A stretch of DNA of 64,000 nucleotides from Octopus vulgaris (taxonomy: Eukaryota): positions 70,556,001 through 70,620,000 of the forward strand of contig OX597827.1 of NCBI GenBank assembly GCA_951406725.2. The letters run 5' to 3'. A program made the position numbers and the translations under genes. The notes beneath the pieces are model-generated. The model had not been told where the DNA came from and made no database searches. It saw only the letters and a program-made list of their open reading frames with translations. Of this stretch, positions 1-15,080 are shown one piece after another. The first letter of the stretch is position 1; each line of letters opens with the position of its first letter.

Positions 1-81
1 CCTGGCTTCCCTGACCCCAGTTGAACCGTCCAACCCATGCCAGTATGGAAAACGGACGTTAAACGATGATGATGATGATGA
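1..81 (+). mobile_element. Family B retroposon, 3' end with (GAT)n tail
   Basis: ccaacccatgccagtatggaaaacggacgttaaacgatgatgat, shared with about 10 other copies in the window. Confidence 0.8.
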
Positions 82-104
82 TATGAGAAAATGGACTATA
101 CAGA

Positions 105-292
105 ACAGGAGGAGACATGTGGGAAGAAGAGTTGTTGAAGAGGTTACAGGTGTGTGATGAAAGATTTCCTGACAATAGACGCTAAAACAAGAACAATAAT
201 AAATCTGAAGTGAAGAATGAATATATAGTACATGTGTTTATTTGGCAAAAAAAACAACAAAGGAAAATGACCATCCTGAAATATGACAATAT
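105..292 (+). mobile_element. Penelope-like terminal repeat remnant with degenerate hammerhead
   Basis: Homologous to 14893-15080 (shared aacaataataaatctgaagtgaagaatgaatatatagt); TTGAAGA...GAAA at 135-162. Confidence 0.45.
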
Positions 293-312
293 ACATACAT
301 ACATATACACAA

Positions 313-430
313 ACAAAACACCCTGTTATTGATGTGGAAATTCCAATGAAGGAATCTTGGATCTAGTTTAGAAACCGGTTCTTTCTCTATTGGCAAGAAA
401 TCTTGAAATAAACTGAATAATGACATACGT
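313..430 (+). mobile_element. 3' stub of (CATA)n-associated non-LTR element
   Basis: Homologous to 6368-6485; embedded in and followed by (CATA)n. Confidence 0.55.
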
Positions 431-619
431 ACATACATACTTACATACATCCATACATATATAAATACATACATACATACATACATACATACATACATAC
501 ATACATACAGTAGAATAGGAAATAAAAAGTCCTTGGTACAGTATCATATATTTGAAAAAATAAATAGAAATGTTTTTTCTGATAATTTAAAAAAGCCATT
601 TCTATTCCGTTTCGCAAGC

Positions 620-655
620 ATATATATGTGTGTGTGTGTGTATATATTTTTATAT

Positions 656-699
<44 letters not shown>

Positions 700-728
700 A
701 TATATATATATATGTGTATGTATGTATG

Positions 729-766
<38 letters not shown>

Positions 767-1170
767 TATGTATATATATATATGTATGTATGTATATATA
801 TATATATATATGTATGTATATATATAGATATGCATATGTATAAATAAATGCATATATATATATATGTATATATGTATTTATATATATATGTATTTATATA
901 CATATATATATATACATATATACATATATATACACATATATATATACATATATATATATATACACATATATATATATACATATATATACACATATACACA
1001 CATATATATAACACACACATATACAGATAGATGTACATATATCTACATCTATGTATATATACATATACATATACACACACAAACAGTCATGTACATGTAT
1101 AAACATATATAGGTGTGTTTGTGTGTATGTGTATACAGACACATGCACACATATATATGTAAATACATAT

Positions 1171-1204
<34 letters not shown>

Positions 1205-1272
1205 ATAGATATATATATATATATATGTATGTATATATGTATGTATGTATACATGCTGTGTTTATGTATATA
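620..1272. repeat. Compound (TA)n/(TATG)n/(TACA)n microsatellite
   Basis: Direct inspection. Confidence 0.95.
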
Positions 1273-1450
1273 CATGAAGTAACCAAGGAATAGATATGTA
1301 ACACTCTCTATTGTCCCATAAAGGAATCGTTTAAGTGGTACTTTGAGGAGTTTTTCAAGCTGTAATTTCAAAGTTAATGCATGATCAGAGATGTGTATAT
1401 ATATGTCTGAACATGTCCGTGCAGCTTTTAGTTCATCCTAAATACATAAT

Positions 1451-1493
<43 letters not shown>

Positions 1494-1514
1494 TCCTCTC
1501 TCTTTCTCTCACTC

Positions 1515-1548
<34 letters not shown>

Positions 1549-1672
1549 ACTCTTTCTATCTCTCTCTCTCTTACTCTTTCTATCTCTCTCTTTCCCGTTC
1601 CCCCCTTATCATGTTCTCTCTCCATGTTTTGCTCTTATCTGCTTTCCCTATGTATGTATGTTTGTATGTATG

Positions 1673-1703
<31 letters not shown>

Positions 1704-2056
1704 GTATGTATGTATGTATGTATGTATGTATGTATGTATGAATGTATGTATGTATGAATGAATGTATGTATGTATGAATGCATGTATGTGTGTGTGTGTA
1801 TGAATGAATGTATGTATGTATGAAAGTATATGTGTGTGTATGTATGTATGTATGTATGTATGTATGTATGTATGAATGTATGTATGTATGTGTGTGTATG
1901 TGTGTGTGTGTGTATGTCTGTCTGTCTGTCTGTATGTATGTATGTATGTATGTATGTATGTGAATATGTATGTATGTGAATATGTATGTATTTACATATG
2001 TATGTATGTACATATGTAAGTATAATGCATATATATGTAATATATGTGTGTGTGTA
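1451..2056. repeat. (CT)n followed by (TATG)n microsatellites
   Basis: Direct inspection. Confidence 0.9.
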
Positions 2057-2058
2057 TA

Positions 2059-2411
2059 GGCACAGGAGTGGCTTTGTGGTAAGAAGTTTGCTCTCCAGCC
2101 ACATGGTTTTGGGTTCAGTCCCACTATGTGGCACCTTGGACAAGAGTCTTCTACTATAGTGGATTTGGTAGATGGAAACGAAAAGGACCCCTTTTTATAT
2201 ATGTATATATGTATATATGTATTAGTGTCTGTGTTTGTCCCTCTACCATTGCTTGACGACCAATGTTGGTCTGCTTACGACCCCCGTAACTTAGCAGTTT
2301 GGCAGTAGAGCCCAATAGAATAAGTACTAGGCTTACAAAGACTAAGTCCTGGGGTCGATTTGATTGGGCTCCAGCATGGCCACAGTCAAATGGCTGAAAC
2401 AAGTAAAAGAG
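2059..2411 (+). mobile_element. SINE family A (tRNA-derived head, CORE-like block, internal TA/TG tract, (AGTAAAAG) tail)
   Basis: A-box-like tggctttgtgg, B-box-like gggttcagtcc, ggcaccttgg motif, 3' ccagcatggccacagtcaaatggctgaaacaagtaaaagag; internal deletion. Confidence 0.85.
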
Positions 2412-2734
2412 TATATAAAATTAATATAAACAGCAGGTTGCAATGTTTCACCAAAAAGGAGAATTCCTCATCATCATCGTCGCTTAACATCCGCTTTCCA
2501 TGCTGGCATGGGTTGGAGGGTTTGACAGAGTTGTGGCAGGCCAGAAGGCTGGGAAAATTATGATTGTCACTAAATGGGACCAGGGTGTTTAGAAACACTT
2601 ACATTGCTAGAAATAAGAGTGAAATTGCTCTAATGCTGTAGTTAAGGCATATGAATGAAAACATATTCACAAACAGAGACCATAATTGTACGAAAAGTAC
2701 CTACCGAGAATTCTTAATATGTATACACACAAAC

Positions 2735-2795
<61 letters not shown>

Positions 2796-2896
2796 GACTC
2801 ATACATAGACACATACACAACTGGTTTCGGAGCTATAGTGGAAGACATGCCCAAGGTGCCACACAGTGTGACTGACTGAACTTGGGACCATCTGTC

Positions 2897-3305
2897 GACC
2901 ATAGTCGATTGGCTACCGTACCGGTGGCACATAAAAAGCACCATTCGAGCATGATCATTACCAGTGTCACCTTATTGGCACTTGTACCAGTGGCACATGA
3001 AAAACAACATTCAAGTGAGGTCGTTGCCAGTGCCGCTGGACTGGCTCCTGTGTAGGTGGGACATGAAAAACACCATTTGAGCATGGCCATCGCCAGTACC
3101 GCCTGACTGGCCCTCATACCAGTGGCATGTAAAAGTACCCACTACACTCTCGGAGTGGTTGGCATTAGGAAGGGTATCCAGCCGTAGAAACTCTGCCAGA
3201 TCAGATTGGATCCTGGTGCAGCCATCTGGCTCGCCAGTCCTCAGTCAAACCATCCAACTAGCATTGAAAGTGGATGTTAAACAATGAGGATGATGATGAT
3301 GATGA

Positions 3306-3306
<1 letters not shown>
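2897..3306 (+). mobile_element. Family B retroposon with tandem ~60-nt units
   Basis: Repeated ccggtggcacataaaaagcacc units, tggttggcattaggaagggtatccagccgtagaaac, (GAT)n tail. Confidence 0.85.
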
Positions 3307-3810
<504 letters not shown>

Positions 3811-3916
3811 GCTATTTACATACTTGTTCGACTGAAAATTTTAAATATAAGTTATTCTCCACACCTATACAAGCACACATACATACACGCATACATACAT
3901 ACATTACGTATACACG

Positions 3917-3954
<38 letters not shown>

Positions 3955-4305
3955 CATACAATTACATTATGTATATAGTTGTATATATAATTACATTATA
4001 TATACAAATATATTTAAATATATGCATTGTGCACACAAGTAGTAGACAAACATAAACACTTATATATTGATATTAGAAATGTCCATCAATCTATCTTTTA
4101 TATGAATATGAGAAATCAATAAAGGAATAGATAGGAAGAAACAATTGCCTTAATGACTTGTCTCAATGACAATCTATAGCCGCATGTACACTCTTATGCA
4201 TATATTTAATGCCAATATACACATGTCTATGTATGTATGTGTGCGTGTGCATGCATGTGCGTGTATGTGTGCTTGTGTATATATATATATATATATACAG
4301 GCACA

Positions 4306-4370
4306 TTGTGGAGGCAATGTTGGGGGGACAAACACAGGCACACAAACATATACACACACACATGCATATA

Positions 4371-4448
<78 letters not shown>

Positions 4449-4611
4449 CGACGGGCTTCTTTCAGTTTCTGTCAACCAAATCCACTCACAAGGCTTTGGT
4501 TGGCCCGAGGCTATAGCAGAAGACACTTGGCCAAGATGCCACGCAGTTGGACTGAACCCGGAACCATGTGGTTCGTAAGCAAGCTACTTACCACACAGCC
4601 ACTCCTACGCC
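4306..4611 (-). mobile_element. SINE family A (3'-truncated, expanded internal TA tract)
   Basis: Reverse complement of family A head and body. Confidence 0.85.
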
Positions 4612-4619
4612 TACAAATT

Positions 4620-6268
4620 GTTTAAATGTGTTGTTAAACTTTAGAATTATATTTCTATGATATCATAATTTCAATACATTAAGTAAAATTAGTAAATATA
4701 ACTTTGATTATCGACTCAAAGAACGAATTTGTCAACTTCTTCAAATTCCAGCAAAAGCAAACATTTTTGCAAGATATGAATACTTTTGTCAGTAGCTAAA
4801 GCACTTCATGCATAAAAGATACAAGATTTCGTTAAAATATGATGTTAATGTAACTAGTTAATCATTTTTCTACTGAAGGGTTTTTATAACTTTGGTATAT
4901 TTGTAAAAACTTGTATAACATGACATATCCCTCCTTTGATTATTTAGCAAGGTTACTTTGAATGCTGTTCAAAGTAACCCCGATTACTGTTTCTGGCAGT
5001 AAGCAAGCTGCTACCATCCAATTCCACACATATGCTTCAACCACTTGACGTGGCATTTTATGGGCCTCTTCAAAAAAGTTGGAGAAAAATCTGAATTGAT
5101 TTGAAGGCATATGGCAGGAAGAACTCAAAGACCTTAACTAAAGATGCTTTTCCTGCTCTGCTTACACAGCTGCACGTTGTTCTCTTTCCTGATCGTGTCA
5201 CTCATGGCAAGAATCTAGAAAGTGGGTTCCTGGAATGTGGAGTTCATCCTTTTCACCAAGACAAAGTTTTGGATCAGCTATCAGACCATGAAGTGGTCAA
5301 AGAAGATGATGAAGTCATCAGTGTAAGAGTTTTGGATGTTGTGTTGGGAATGCTAAAGTCAATGAGAGGAGTGGATGAGAGCAAACCAAAGAAGAGACAA
5401 AAGAAGTTGACTGTTACCCCTGGCAAAATTATAAGTACTGAGGACGTCAGTGCTTCTGGTAGCGAAATGATAGCCATCAGTTCATCACGAGAGAAGCATG
5501 GAGAAAGAGAGTAGTAAGAGAATTTGAATGATGAAGAGCTAAACTCTGAGGATAGTGATGTTTCTATGCATGAATATGACAGGCACTCCGGTACTTCAGA
5601 TATGGAGAGAGCAGAAACCACAGAAAGATGAAGTGGTTTTATTATAAATTTTGTCGTTGTGAGGAAGGAAGGGCAAACATTTCCCAGTCAAGTGATCTCA
5701 ACTGGATCTAATGGAGCACTTGTGGCATTATTGACAAAATGTAAAAAGATAGAGTGGAGGTGGCCACTGAAGGAGGATAAACTTGTCTACTACAACTGGG
5801 AAGATGTGGTAGAAATGAAAACAAAACAGACTCCACGGAGCAAAAGGGGGTTTCTATCGATTACCTGACCTTGAACAAGAATGGGGGAATATAAAGGAAT
5901 ATAAAATGTGACTTACTGATAACTGTGTGACATTTTCTTAAGTGCTATAACTCGTAAAGCTGTTCATTGACTTTTCTTTTGTATTTGTTAAGAAAAAAAA
6001 ACTTTTTTATAACTCTTATCTTTGTTCAATGTTGTGCTACATAAAAGTAATTTTGAACATAAGTCAAAAAGACATTACAGTTCAAAGTAACCCCAAATTA
6101 GGGGTTACTCTGAACAGCAACAATTTTATAATAAAAAATAATAAAATATTGACTGCAACTTATTTTTATTTCATTTATCATTTTATCTATTTAGTCCCCC
6201 TAAAAGAAAGGTTATGAAATTATTGCAATAAGAAGTCTAAAACTGTTAAGTAACCTTGTTTCACAGTA
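4620..6268 (+). mobile_element. Decayed pogo/Tigger/Fot1-like (DDE_1) DNA transposon
   Basis: 5011-5514 reads LPSNSTHMLQPLDVAFYGPLQKSW*...FPALL...NLESGFLECGVHPF (QPLDV motif of DDE_1 transposases) with stops; repeated ggggttactttgaacag-type subterminal motifs at 4950-4981 and 6080-6117; right TIR-like end followed by TA at 6243-6268. Confidence 0.8.
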
Positions 6269-6367
6269 TATATGAACATGTGTAGATAAGCTAGTATATA
6301 TATATGCATGAGAAGATACACATAAAACAAAACATACAAATCTGCACACATACATACATACATACAT

Positions 6368-6485
6368 AGAAAAATGCCCCGCTGAGGTTGTTGAAATTCC
6401 ATTGAAGGAGCCTTGGATCTAGGTTAGAAACCTGGCTCTTTCTCTATTGGCAAGAAACCTTGAAATAAAACTAAACAATGTCATA
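6368..6485 (+). mobile_element. 3' stub of (CATA)n-associated non-LTR element
   Basis: Homologous to 313-430; flanked by (CATA)n. Confidence 0.55.
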
Positions 6486-6602
6486 CATACATATAAGCAA
6501 TTATACGTAAATACATGTAAATATACATACATCCATCCATCTATACATACATGCAAACACATACAAATATATCCATACAAATATATATATGTGCATATCT
6601 AC

Positions 6603-6986
6603 ATCATCATCATCATCATCATCATCATTTAACGTCCGCTTTCCATGCTAGCATGGGTTGGACAATTTGACTGAGGACTGGCGAACCAGATGGCTGCACC
6701 AGGCTCCAATCTTGATCTGGCAGAGTTTCTACAGCTGGATGCCCTTCCTAACGTCAACCACTCTGAGAGTGTAAGTGAGAGCTTCTATGTGCCACCGGCA
6801 TAAGGGCCAGTCAGGTGGTACTGGTAACGGCCACACTCAAATGGTGTTTTTACATGCCACCTGCACAGGAGCCAGTCCAGCGGCACTGGCAATGACCTTG
6901 TTCAAATGTTTTTTCCCATGTCACAGGCACAAGTGCCAGTAAGGTGACGCTGGTAACGATCACGCTTGAATGGTGCTTTTTACATG
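6603..6986 (-). mobile_element. Family B retroposon
   Basis: (CAT)n then tttaacgtccgctttccatgctagcatgggttgg and tandem units. Confidence 0.85.
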
Positions 6987-7534
6987 CAAACATACATATA
7001 TACATACATACATACACATATACACACATGTGCATACACATACATACATACATATACACACGTACATATATACATGCATACACACATATACATATATGCT
7101 TACATGCATATATACACACACATACATACACACATATACATATACACATGCATATACACACATATATGCTTACATACATACATGATGGCTGCCCCCTCGT
7201 TATCAAGTATGGCCATTGCAAGAGGGCATACATACATACATACATGCATGCATACATACATACATACATATATACATACATACATACATTCATACATACA
7301 TACATAATACATACATACATGCATGCATACATACATACATACATACATACATACATTCATTCATACATACATACATACATACATACATACATACATACAT
7401 ACATACACACATACATACATACACACTTACATACATGCATATATACATACATACATACATACATACATCCACACATACATACATACACACTTACATACAT
7501 ACATACATACATACTTACATACATATATACATAC

Positions 7535-7565
<31 letters not shown>

Positions 7566-7790
7566 TTCATACATACATACATTCATTCTTACGCACATAC
7601 ATACATACATACATACATACATACATACATAAATACATACATACATACATACATACATACATACATACATACATACATACATACATACATACATACATAC
7701 ATACATACATACATACATACATACATACATACATACATACATACATAAATACATACATACATACATACATACATACATGCATGCATGTAA
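6987..7790. repeat. (CATA)n microsatellite, about 800 bp
   Basis: Direct inspection. Confidence 0.95.
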
Positions 7791-8048
7791 GTAAAAGTAT
7801 GTACCATCACGAGGTCAGCTGCCCTGGTGATGTGAATATCCGTTTGGAAAAAGAAAGACAATAACTATGGACAGCTGCTTCGAAACCTTCAGCTTCTGTA
7901 TCCAGGTTATAATTTCAAATTCATACCAATAATATTTGGTGCTCTTCGTTTTGTATGTAAATGCCTAACTGGCCATCTGGATGAGCTTAGGTTTTCAGAG
8001 AAAAAAAAAAATCAACCAACAGATTCACACATTACAAATACACGTTGT

Positions 8049-8439
8049 GGATGGTGGAAGCACTCCGTCAGTTACGACGACGAGGGTTCCGGTTGATCCG
8101 AATCAACGGAACATCCTGCTCGTGAAATTCACGTGTAAGTGGCTGAGCACTCCACAGACACGTGTACCCTTAACGTAGTTCTCAGGGATATTCAGCGTGA
8201 CACAGAGAGTGACAAGACCGGCCCTTTGAAATACAGGTACAACAGAAACAGGAAGTAAGAGTGAGAGAAAGTTGTGGTGAAAGAGTACAGCAGGGATCAC
8301 CACCATCCCCTGCTGGAGCTGTGTGGAGCTTTAGGTGTTTTCACTCAATAAATACTCACAACGCCCGGTCTGGGAATCGAAACTGCGATCCTATGACCGC
8401 GAGTCCGCTGCCCTAACCACTGGGCCATTGCGCCTCCAC
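8049..8439 (-). mobile_element. SINE family C (tRNA-Arg-like head), full length
   Basis: Head gtggaggcgcaatggcccagtggttagggcagcggactcgcg with A/B boxes; 10-bp TSD tacacgttgt at 8039-8048 and 8440-8449. Confidence 0.9.
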
Positions 8440-8483
8440 TACACGTTGTAAGACTGTAAACATATGCAAGACTTTTCTCAAGT

Positions 8484-8710
8484 TTAACCCTTTAGTATTT
8501 AAACCGGTCATATCCGGCCAAAATATTTAACCTGTTTTATGTTCAAACTGACCAGATCCAGGCTCTCACACCTACCCTACAATGTTTTTCTACATTAAGT
8601 AATTACACCATCAAGATCTTGAAGATATGAGATAATGCATGATTAATTCAAATCAATGTGAATCAATAAGCATTATGTTTGATAGAATAATCTGAACACT
8701 AAAGGGTTAA
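8484..8710. mobile_element. TTAA-flanked piggyBac-like MITE (second family)
   Basis: ttaa-ccctttagt ... actaaaggg-ttaa termini, 227 bp. Confidence 0.8.
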
Positions 8711-8870
8711 AATGCAATATTATTCTCATTGTTTGTATTCCAACAATGGAGCTTTGTATTTTTGTTAGAAACCAGCTCCTTCTTCAGATAAAGGATTTAA
8801 ATGACGAGGACCATACATACATACATACATACATACATGCATACATTCATATATACATACATACATACAT

Positions 8871-9212
8871 CATTATCATCATCATCATTGTTTAACGTCC
8901 GTTTTTCATGCTGGCATGGGTTGGACGGTTTAACTGGGGACTGGCGAGCCAGGAGGTCGCGCCAGGCTCCAATCTGATCTGGCGAGGTTTCTATAGCTGG
9001 ATGCCCTTCCTAACACTAACCACTCTGAGAGTGTAGTGGGTGCTTTTTATGTGCCGACGGCATGGGAGCCAGTCAGGCAGGTCTGGCATTGGCCACATTT
9101 GGATAGTGCTTTTTTCCGTGTCACCAGCACAGGAGCCAGTCGACCACATTTGGATGGTGTTTTATACGTGCCACTGGCACGGGGAGCCAGTCAGGCGGCA
9201 CTGGCAACAACC
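8871..9212 (-). mobile_element. Family B retroposon
   Basis: Same tail and ggatgcccttcctaac block as other copies. Confidence 0.85.
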
Positions 9213-9739
9213 CAATACATACATACATTCATAGATACATAAATACATACATATATGCATACATACATGCATACATATATATATATATGCATACATACAT
9301 GCATGCATACATACATGCATGCATACATACATGCATGCATACATGCATACATGCATGCATGCATGCATACATACATACATGATGGCCGTCCACTCATGGC
9401 TGAGGAAGACCATTGCTGACCTTCAGGAACATTGTGCGCTCTAGGACTAACTTATATTTTGCATTTGTGGCTCCGCTGGTGGCTAATGCATACATACATA
9501 CATCCACACATACATACATACATACATACATACACACATACATACATACATACATACATACATGCATACATACATACATACATACATGCATACATACATG
9601 CAAACACATACATGCATACATGCCTACATACATGCATACATCTGTGGTGCTACCTCTTACCTCCTGAATCCACTGATATACCAAATGATATTCCTGATTG
9701 ACCATACCTCCACCTATGTTCACCTTTCGCTGCATTCAC

Positions 9740-10148
9740 TCCTATCCCCTGAACTTGTAATCTGGATAGAGTAACTACAAATTTCTCAATAGTTCAGCAT
9801 AGGTGTTCTCTTTTTCACTGCTAATTCCCACAACTGTACACAGTTTCTCTTCTCTATCCCAAATCACTATATCAGGTCTATTGTGCTTACATTTTATTGA
9901 TGCCTTCACTGGGACATTCCACCAGTGTTCCTTTTTATTATGAGTGGCTATGGCTTCTACCGTATTGTGGGTTCTTATTTCTTTGTCCTCAGGATTATCC
10001 TTCTGACAGATTTCATTATTGAGTGTCCTAGCTATAATGTCATGTCTCATCTGTAGATAATACCATAATGACATTTTCAGACAACTGTTTATCATGTGCG
10101 TGATATTTTCAGTGTGAACTCCACAAAGTCTGCATCGGTTGTCACATT
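9740..10148 (-). mobile_element. R4/Dong-like non-LTR retrotransposon fragment (CCHC knuckle plus restriction-like endonuclease)
   Basis: CRLCGVHTENITHMINSC, RHD, HNRPDIVIWD, EKENTYAELL in ORF 9775-10212. Confidence 0.85.
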
Positions 10149-10611
10149 TTATGTATGTATGTATGTATGTATGTATATATGTATGCATGCATGCATGTAT
10201 GTATGTATGCATGTATACATGAACATATGTATGAATGTATGTATGTATACATGAACATACATATGTATAGATCTATGTATTTATGTACATGTGTATGAGT
10301 ATGTATGTATGTGTAATATATGTACATACATATGTATGTATTTATGTATGTATGTATGTATGTGTGTGTATTTATCTACATATGTATGAGCATGTATATA
10401 TGCACATATGTGAGTATGTATATATGTATGTACATGTGTATGAATGTATATGTATATATGTATGCATGTTTGTATACATGAATATACATATGTATACATG
10501 TATGTATGTATTTATGTACATGTGTATGTATGTATGTGTAATGTATGTACATATGTATGTATGTATTTATGTATGTATGTATGTATGCACTTGTGTATGT
10601 ATGTATGTATG

Positions 10612-10966
10612 AGTATGAATGTTTTGTCTTTGAGTTTTAAGTTCTTCTCAAAAGATTTCAAACTGGTCACTGACAAAACAAGACTTCTTGAGTTAAGAGA
10701 AGAGCTCTCGGTGTTTGTGAACATGTTGTTGACTTGGAATGTTGGTTGAGCTGTCGATGTATACATCCAAGTGTGTGCATCTATTCACTTAAAGAATCTC
10801 AATGGAGAATTTTTAGAATGTCTGGCAAATCTTCACTGTGCCACTAACAGATTGGATTTGGAGAATCCGCATCAGTTACTTTTTCCCTTCCTTCGAAAAC
10901 CTAGTATTTCTGGGTTTTTGTGTAAATTTGTTGGTACTTGGCCTAATGCAACTATGATAATTATTA
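10612..10966 (-). mobile_element. R4/Dong-like retrotransposon C-terminus and 3' UTR
   Basis: IIIVALGQVP...LGF...LQIQSVSGTVKICQTF with frameshift/stop; 3' UTR runs into (ATAC)n. Confidence 0.7.
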
Positions 10967-11089
10967 GATGTATGCATGTATGTATAAATGTAAGTACATA
11001 TATATATATAGAAATATATGTATGTACATATATATATATATACATACATACATATATATATAGCCATTCCTGTGTCTATGTATGTATAC

Positions 11090-11317
11090 AGGCATGTATA
11101 AAAAGATTTGAGCGAGGTCATTGCCAGTACTGCCTGACTGGCCCCGTGCACTCTCGGAGTGGTTGGCATTAGGAAGGGCATCCAGCTGTAGAAACTCTGC
11201 CAGATCAAGATTGGAGCCTGGTGCAGCCATCTGGTTCGCCAGCCCTCTGTCAAATCGTCCAACCCATGCTAGTATGGGAAGTGGACGTTAGACAATGATG
11301 ATGATGATGATGATGAT
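11090..11317 (+). mobile_element. Family B retroposon (5'-truncated)
   Basis: ggttggcattaggaagggcatccagctgtagaaac and (GAT)n tail. Confidence 0.85.
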
Positions 11318-11335
11318 ATATACACAAACACAGAT

Positions 11336-11384
<49 letters not shown>

Positions 11385-11502
11385 GTTTATAATCATATTT
11401 ATATGTATGAAATGTATGTTGGCTTTTCTCTCCATCTCTCCCTCTCTCTCTCTCTCTCTCTTTCTCACCATACACAGACTCTCATAAATACTTGAGACAA
11501 TG

Positions 11503-11735
11503 GGAGAGCCTCTACATAGTCTCAGTCTGTCGACCTACTAGAAATAGCAGCCAAATCACCTTACAAATCACATCCAACCACCTTAAAAAAAAAAAAGAAA
11601 AAAGGACAAACTGGACAATCCAATCACGAAAGCAAGATCGAATGTTCATATCAGGGAAAATCCATCGGTCATTGGTCAACTTAAACAAAGCTGACCTCAG
11701 CCTAAACAACCACAACAGAAACAATGACAACAACA
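11503..11735 (+). mobile_element. Family I interspersed repeat with (AAC)n tail
   Basis: ctagaaatagcagccaaatc...gctgacctcagcctaaacaac; related copies at 41215-41350, 42015-42250, 43485-43682, 45060-45270, 49380-50030. Confidence 0.6.
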
Positions 11736-11949
11736 ACCGACAAGCACTCATACATGTAGCCACACATTTATCAATCGAAATATCTATATATCTATCAGAG
11801 AGTGTGGGTAAGCAGACTGCTTATTGATTATCCCTCACTGTGGTGTATTGATCTATTAATCATTTTAACGTGATAGAACACGGGAACGAAAATAGACAAA
11901 GTTATTTCAGTGAGGCAGAAGCCACGACTGCTTCATTGTCTTACACCTG

Positions 11950-12990
<1,041 letters not shown>

Positions 12991-13014
12991 AAAATATTTA
13001 TTTTACATAAATAT

Positions 13015-13160
13015 TCAGGAGACCCAGCCAAAAGTGCTGACAGGAAGGAAATGGAGGGCCAGAGAAACCGTTGAACTGGCAGAGTCCAACATGAACATGA
13101 CAGGGGAGGCGTCCAGGAACTGTAGCTCAGCGAAGGCTGGACTGAATTGGCAGCAAGATC
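13015..13160 (+). mobile_element. HERO/NeSL-like RLE non-LTR retrotransposon fragment
   Basis: QPKVLTGRKWRARETVELAES resembles the TGRKWxAxxAVxxAE segment downstream of the RT. Confidence 0.55.
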
Positions 13161-13356
13161 AATTAAATATCCCACAGAAAACCAAGGGACAGAAGGGGGT
13201 CCCTTTGACCTGTGAGATTAGTTATTCTGGAAAGAAAAAAAAGTAGAAACCAAAACCAGTTGGGGGAGGAAACCTTTTCCCATATAGAGTTTTCAATGTA
13301 ACCTGTAACTTCATCATCACCAGCATCTTCATTTGATGCCTACTTTTGTATGTTTG

Positions 13357-13601
13357 TGGAGGCGTGTGGGTTAGTGGTTAGGGTGTCAGCATCATGATCG
13401 TTAGATTGTGGTTTCGATTCCTGGACCAGGTGACGCGTTGCGTTCTTGAGCAAAACACTTCATTTCACGTTGCTCCAGTTCACTCAGCTGGCAAAAATGA
13501 GTAACGCTGTGATGGACTGGAGTCCTGTCCAGCTGGGGAACACATATGCCATTGAAACCGAGATACCGGGTCCATGAGCCTGGCTAGGCTTTAAAAGGGC
13601 A
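13357..13601 (+). mobile_element. SINE family H (tRNA-derived head)
   Basis: ggaggcgtgtgggttagtggttagg head, ggtttcgattcc B-box, cactcagctggcaaaaatgagtaac core, ctggctaggctttaaaagggc tail; interrupts a family B-like element (13310-13832). Confidence 0.8.
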
Positions 13602-13951
13602 CAAAAAAAAAAAAAAAAATCATTTTCATGTTTGCAGGGGTCAGATGGAATCTATTGGGGACAGGTTTTTCTATGGCTGGATGACCCTCCTGTCATCAGT
13701 CCTTACCTGTTTTCAAGCAAGGTAATATTTCCCCCCGATGGCCAGACATGGTCTTGTAGAATATTGGAAAGGAATGACAATGATTGTATGACAGTGACAA
13801 CTATTTTGCAACAATTATGCGATTTCAAGACGTATATATAGACACACACACACACACACACACACATTAATCATGATGAATATTTAGTATGTATGTATTT
13901 ATGTATGTACCTATGTATATATATTAATGTGTATGTATATATATATGTATG

Positions 13952-13986
<35 letters not shown>

Positions 13987-14185
13987 ATTTGTGTGTACAT
14001 ATATATACATTCATATATACACACATGCACACACACACACACACAAAGCATGCACATACACTCAAACACATGAATGTATCTATGTGTGTATATATATGTA
14101 TGTATATGTATATATATATATGCGTACGTGTTCATATGTTTATATGTGCATGTATGTGTGTATACATATATATTTGCATATATAT

Positions 14186-14238
<53 letters not shown>

Positions 14239-14581
14239 ATCATATACATATATATATACATGCACACATGCATATACATACACACAACACACAAACATAT
14301 ACATATAAAAGTCAAAACCTTTAGCACTGACTTACACCAGCTGAAACGAGAACTTTCCAGCCACAGGTGGAAAACTGAAATACAAACGTAATTCTTACAA
14401 AGACCAAAATGCTGAAAGAGACAGTTTGCCAGAGATTTCTAAATCTGTCTCTATTTTGGTTCCAACGTAAACAACTCGGCCTCTGTAAAAGATACCAGAT
14501 CAGAAAAACAAGTTGAAAGATACTGGAAATCTATACGAAGAAACGGTAAGGGTTAACAAGGAAACAATCATGTTTTCTTTT

Positions 14582-14885
14582 ATCTTTTACTCGTTTCAGT
14601 CACTGGACACTGGCCATGTTGGAGCACCACCTAGAATGCTTTTAGGAAAAAACAAATTGACTGCAGTTCAGTACTTATGTTAATTTTGATTTTTTTGTTT
14701 GTATTTTGGTTTTTGTTGCTGTTTCTTTTTATTATTCTGATTCTTATTGTATTTGGGTCTGTTGCCAAACCACTAAGTTACTAGGATGTAAACAAACCAA
14801 CACAAGTCGTTGGGCAGTTGGGGGAGAGAGAAACACAAATACACACACACACACATGCATGCACACACACACACACACACACATA
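14582..14885 (-). mobile_element. SINE family A, older diverged 3' half
   Basis: cttttactcgtttcagtc...ggccatgttggagcacc. Confidence 0.7.
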
Positions 14886-14892
14886 CCCATAT

Positions 14893-15080
14893 ACAGGAGG
14901 AGACACGTGGAATGAGGAGTCGCTGAAGAGGTCACAGGACGTGCGTCGAAAAATTTTCAAAGGACAATAACAAGAATGAGAACAATAATAAATCTGAAGT
15001 GAAGAATGAATATATAGTGCAGAATGAATATTTAGCAAAAAAAGAATATCAAAAAATCAACCATCACAAACTATAACAAT
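14893..15080 (+). mobile_element. Penelope-like terminal repeat remnant with degenerate hammerhead
   Basis: CTGAAGA 14923-14929 ... GAAA 14948-14951; homologous to 105-292. Confidence 0.45.

Noticed and set aside
14313-14555. Possible third TTAA MITE ending in ggtaagggttaa
   Set aside because: The left terminus is too degenerate to confirm.
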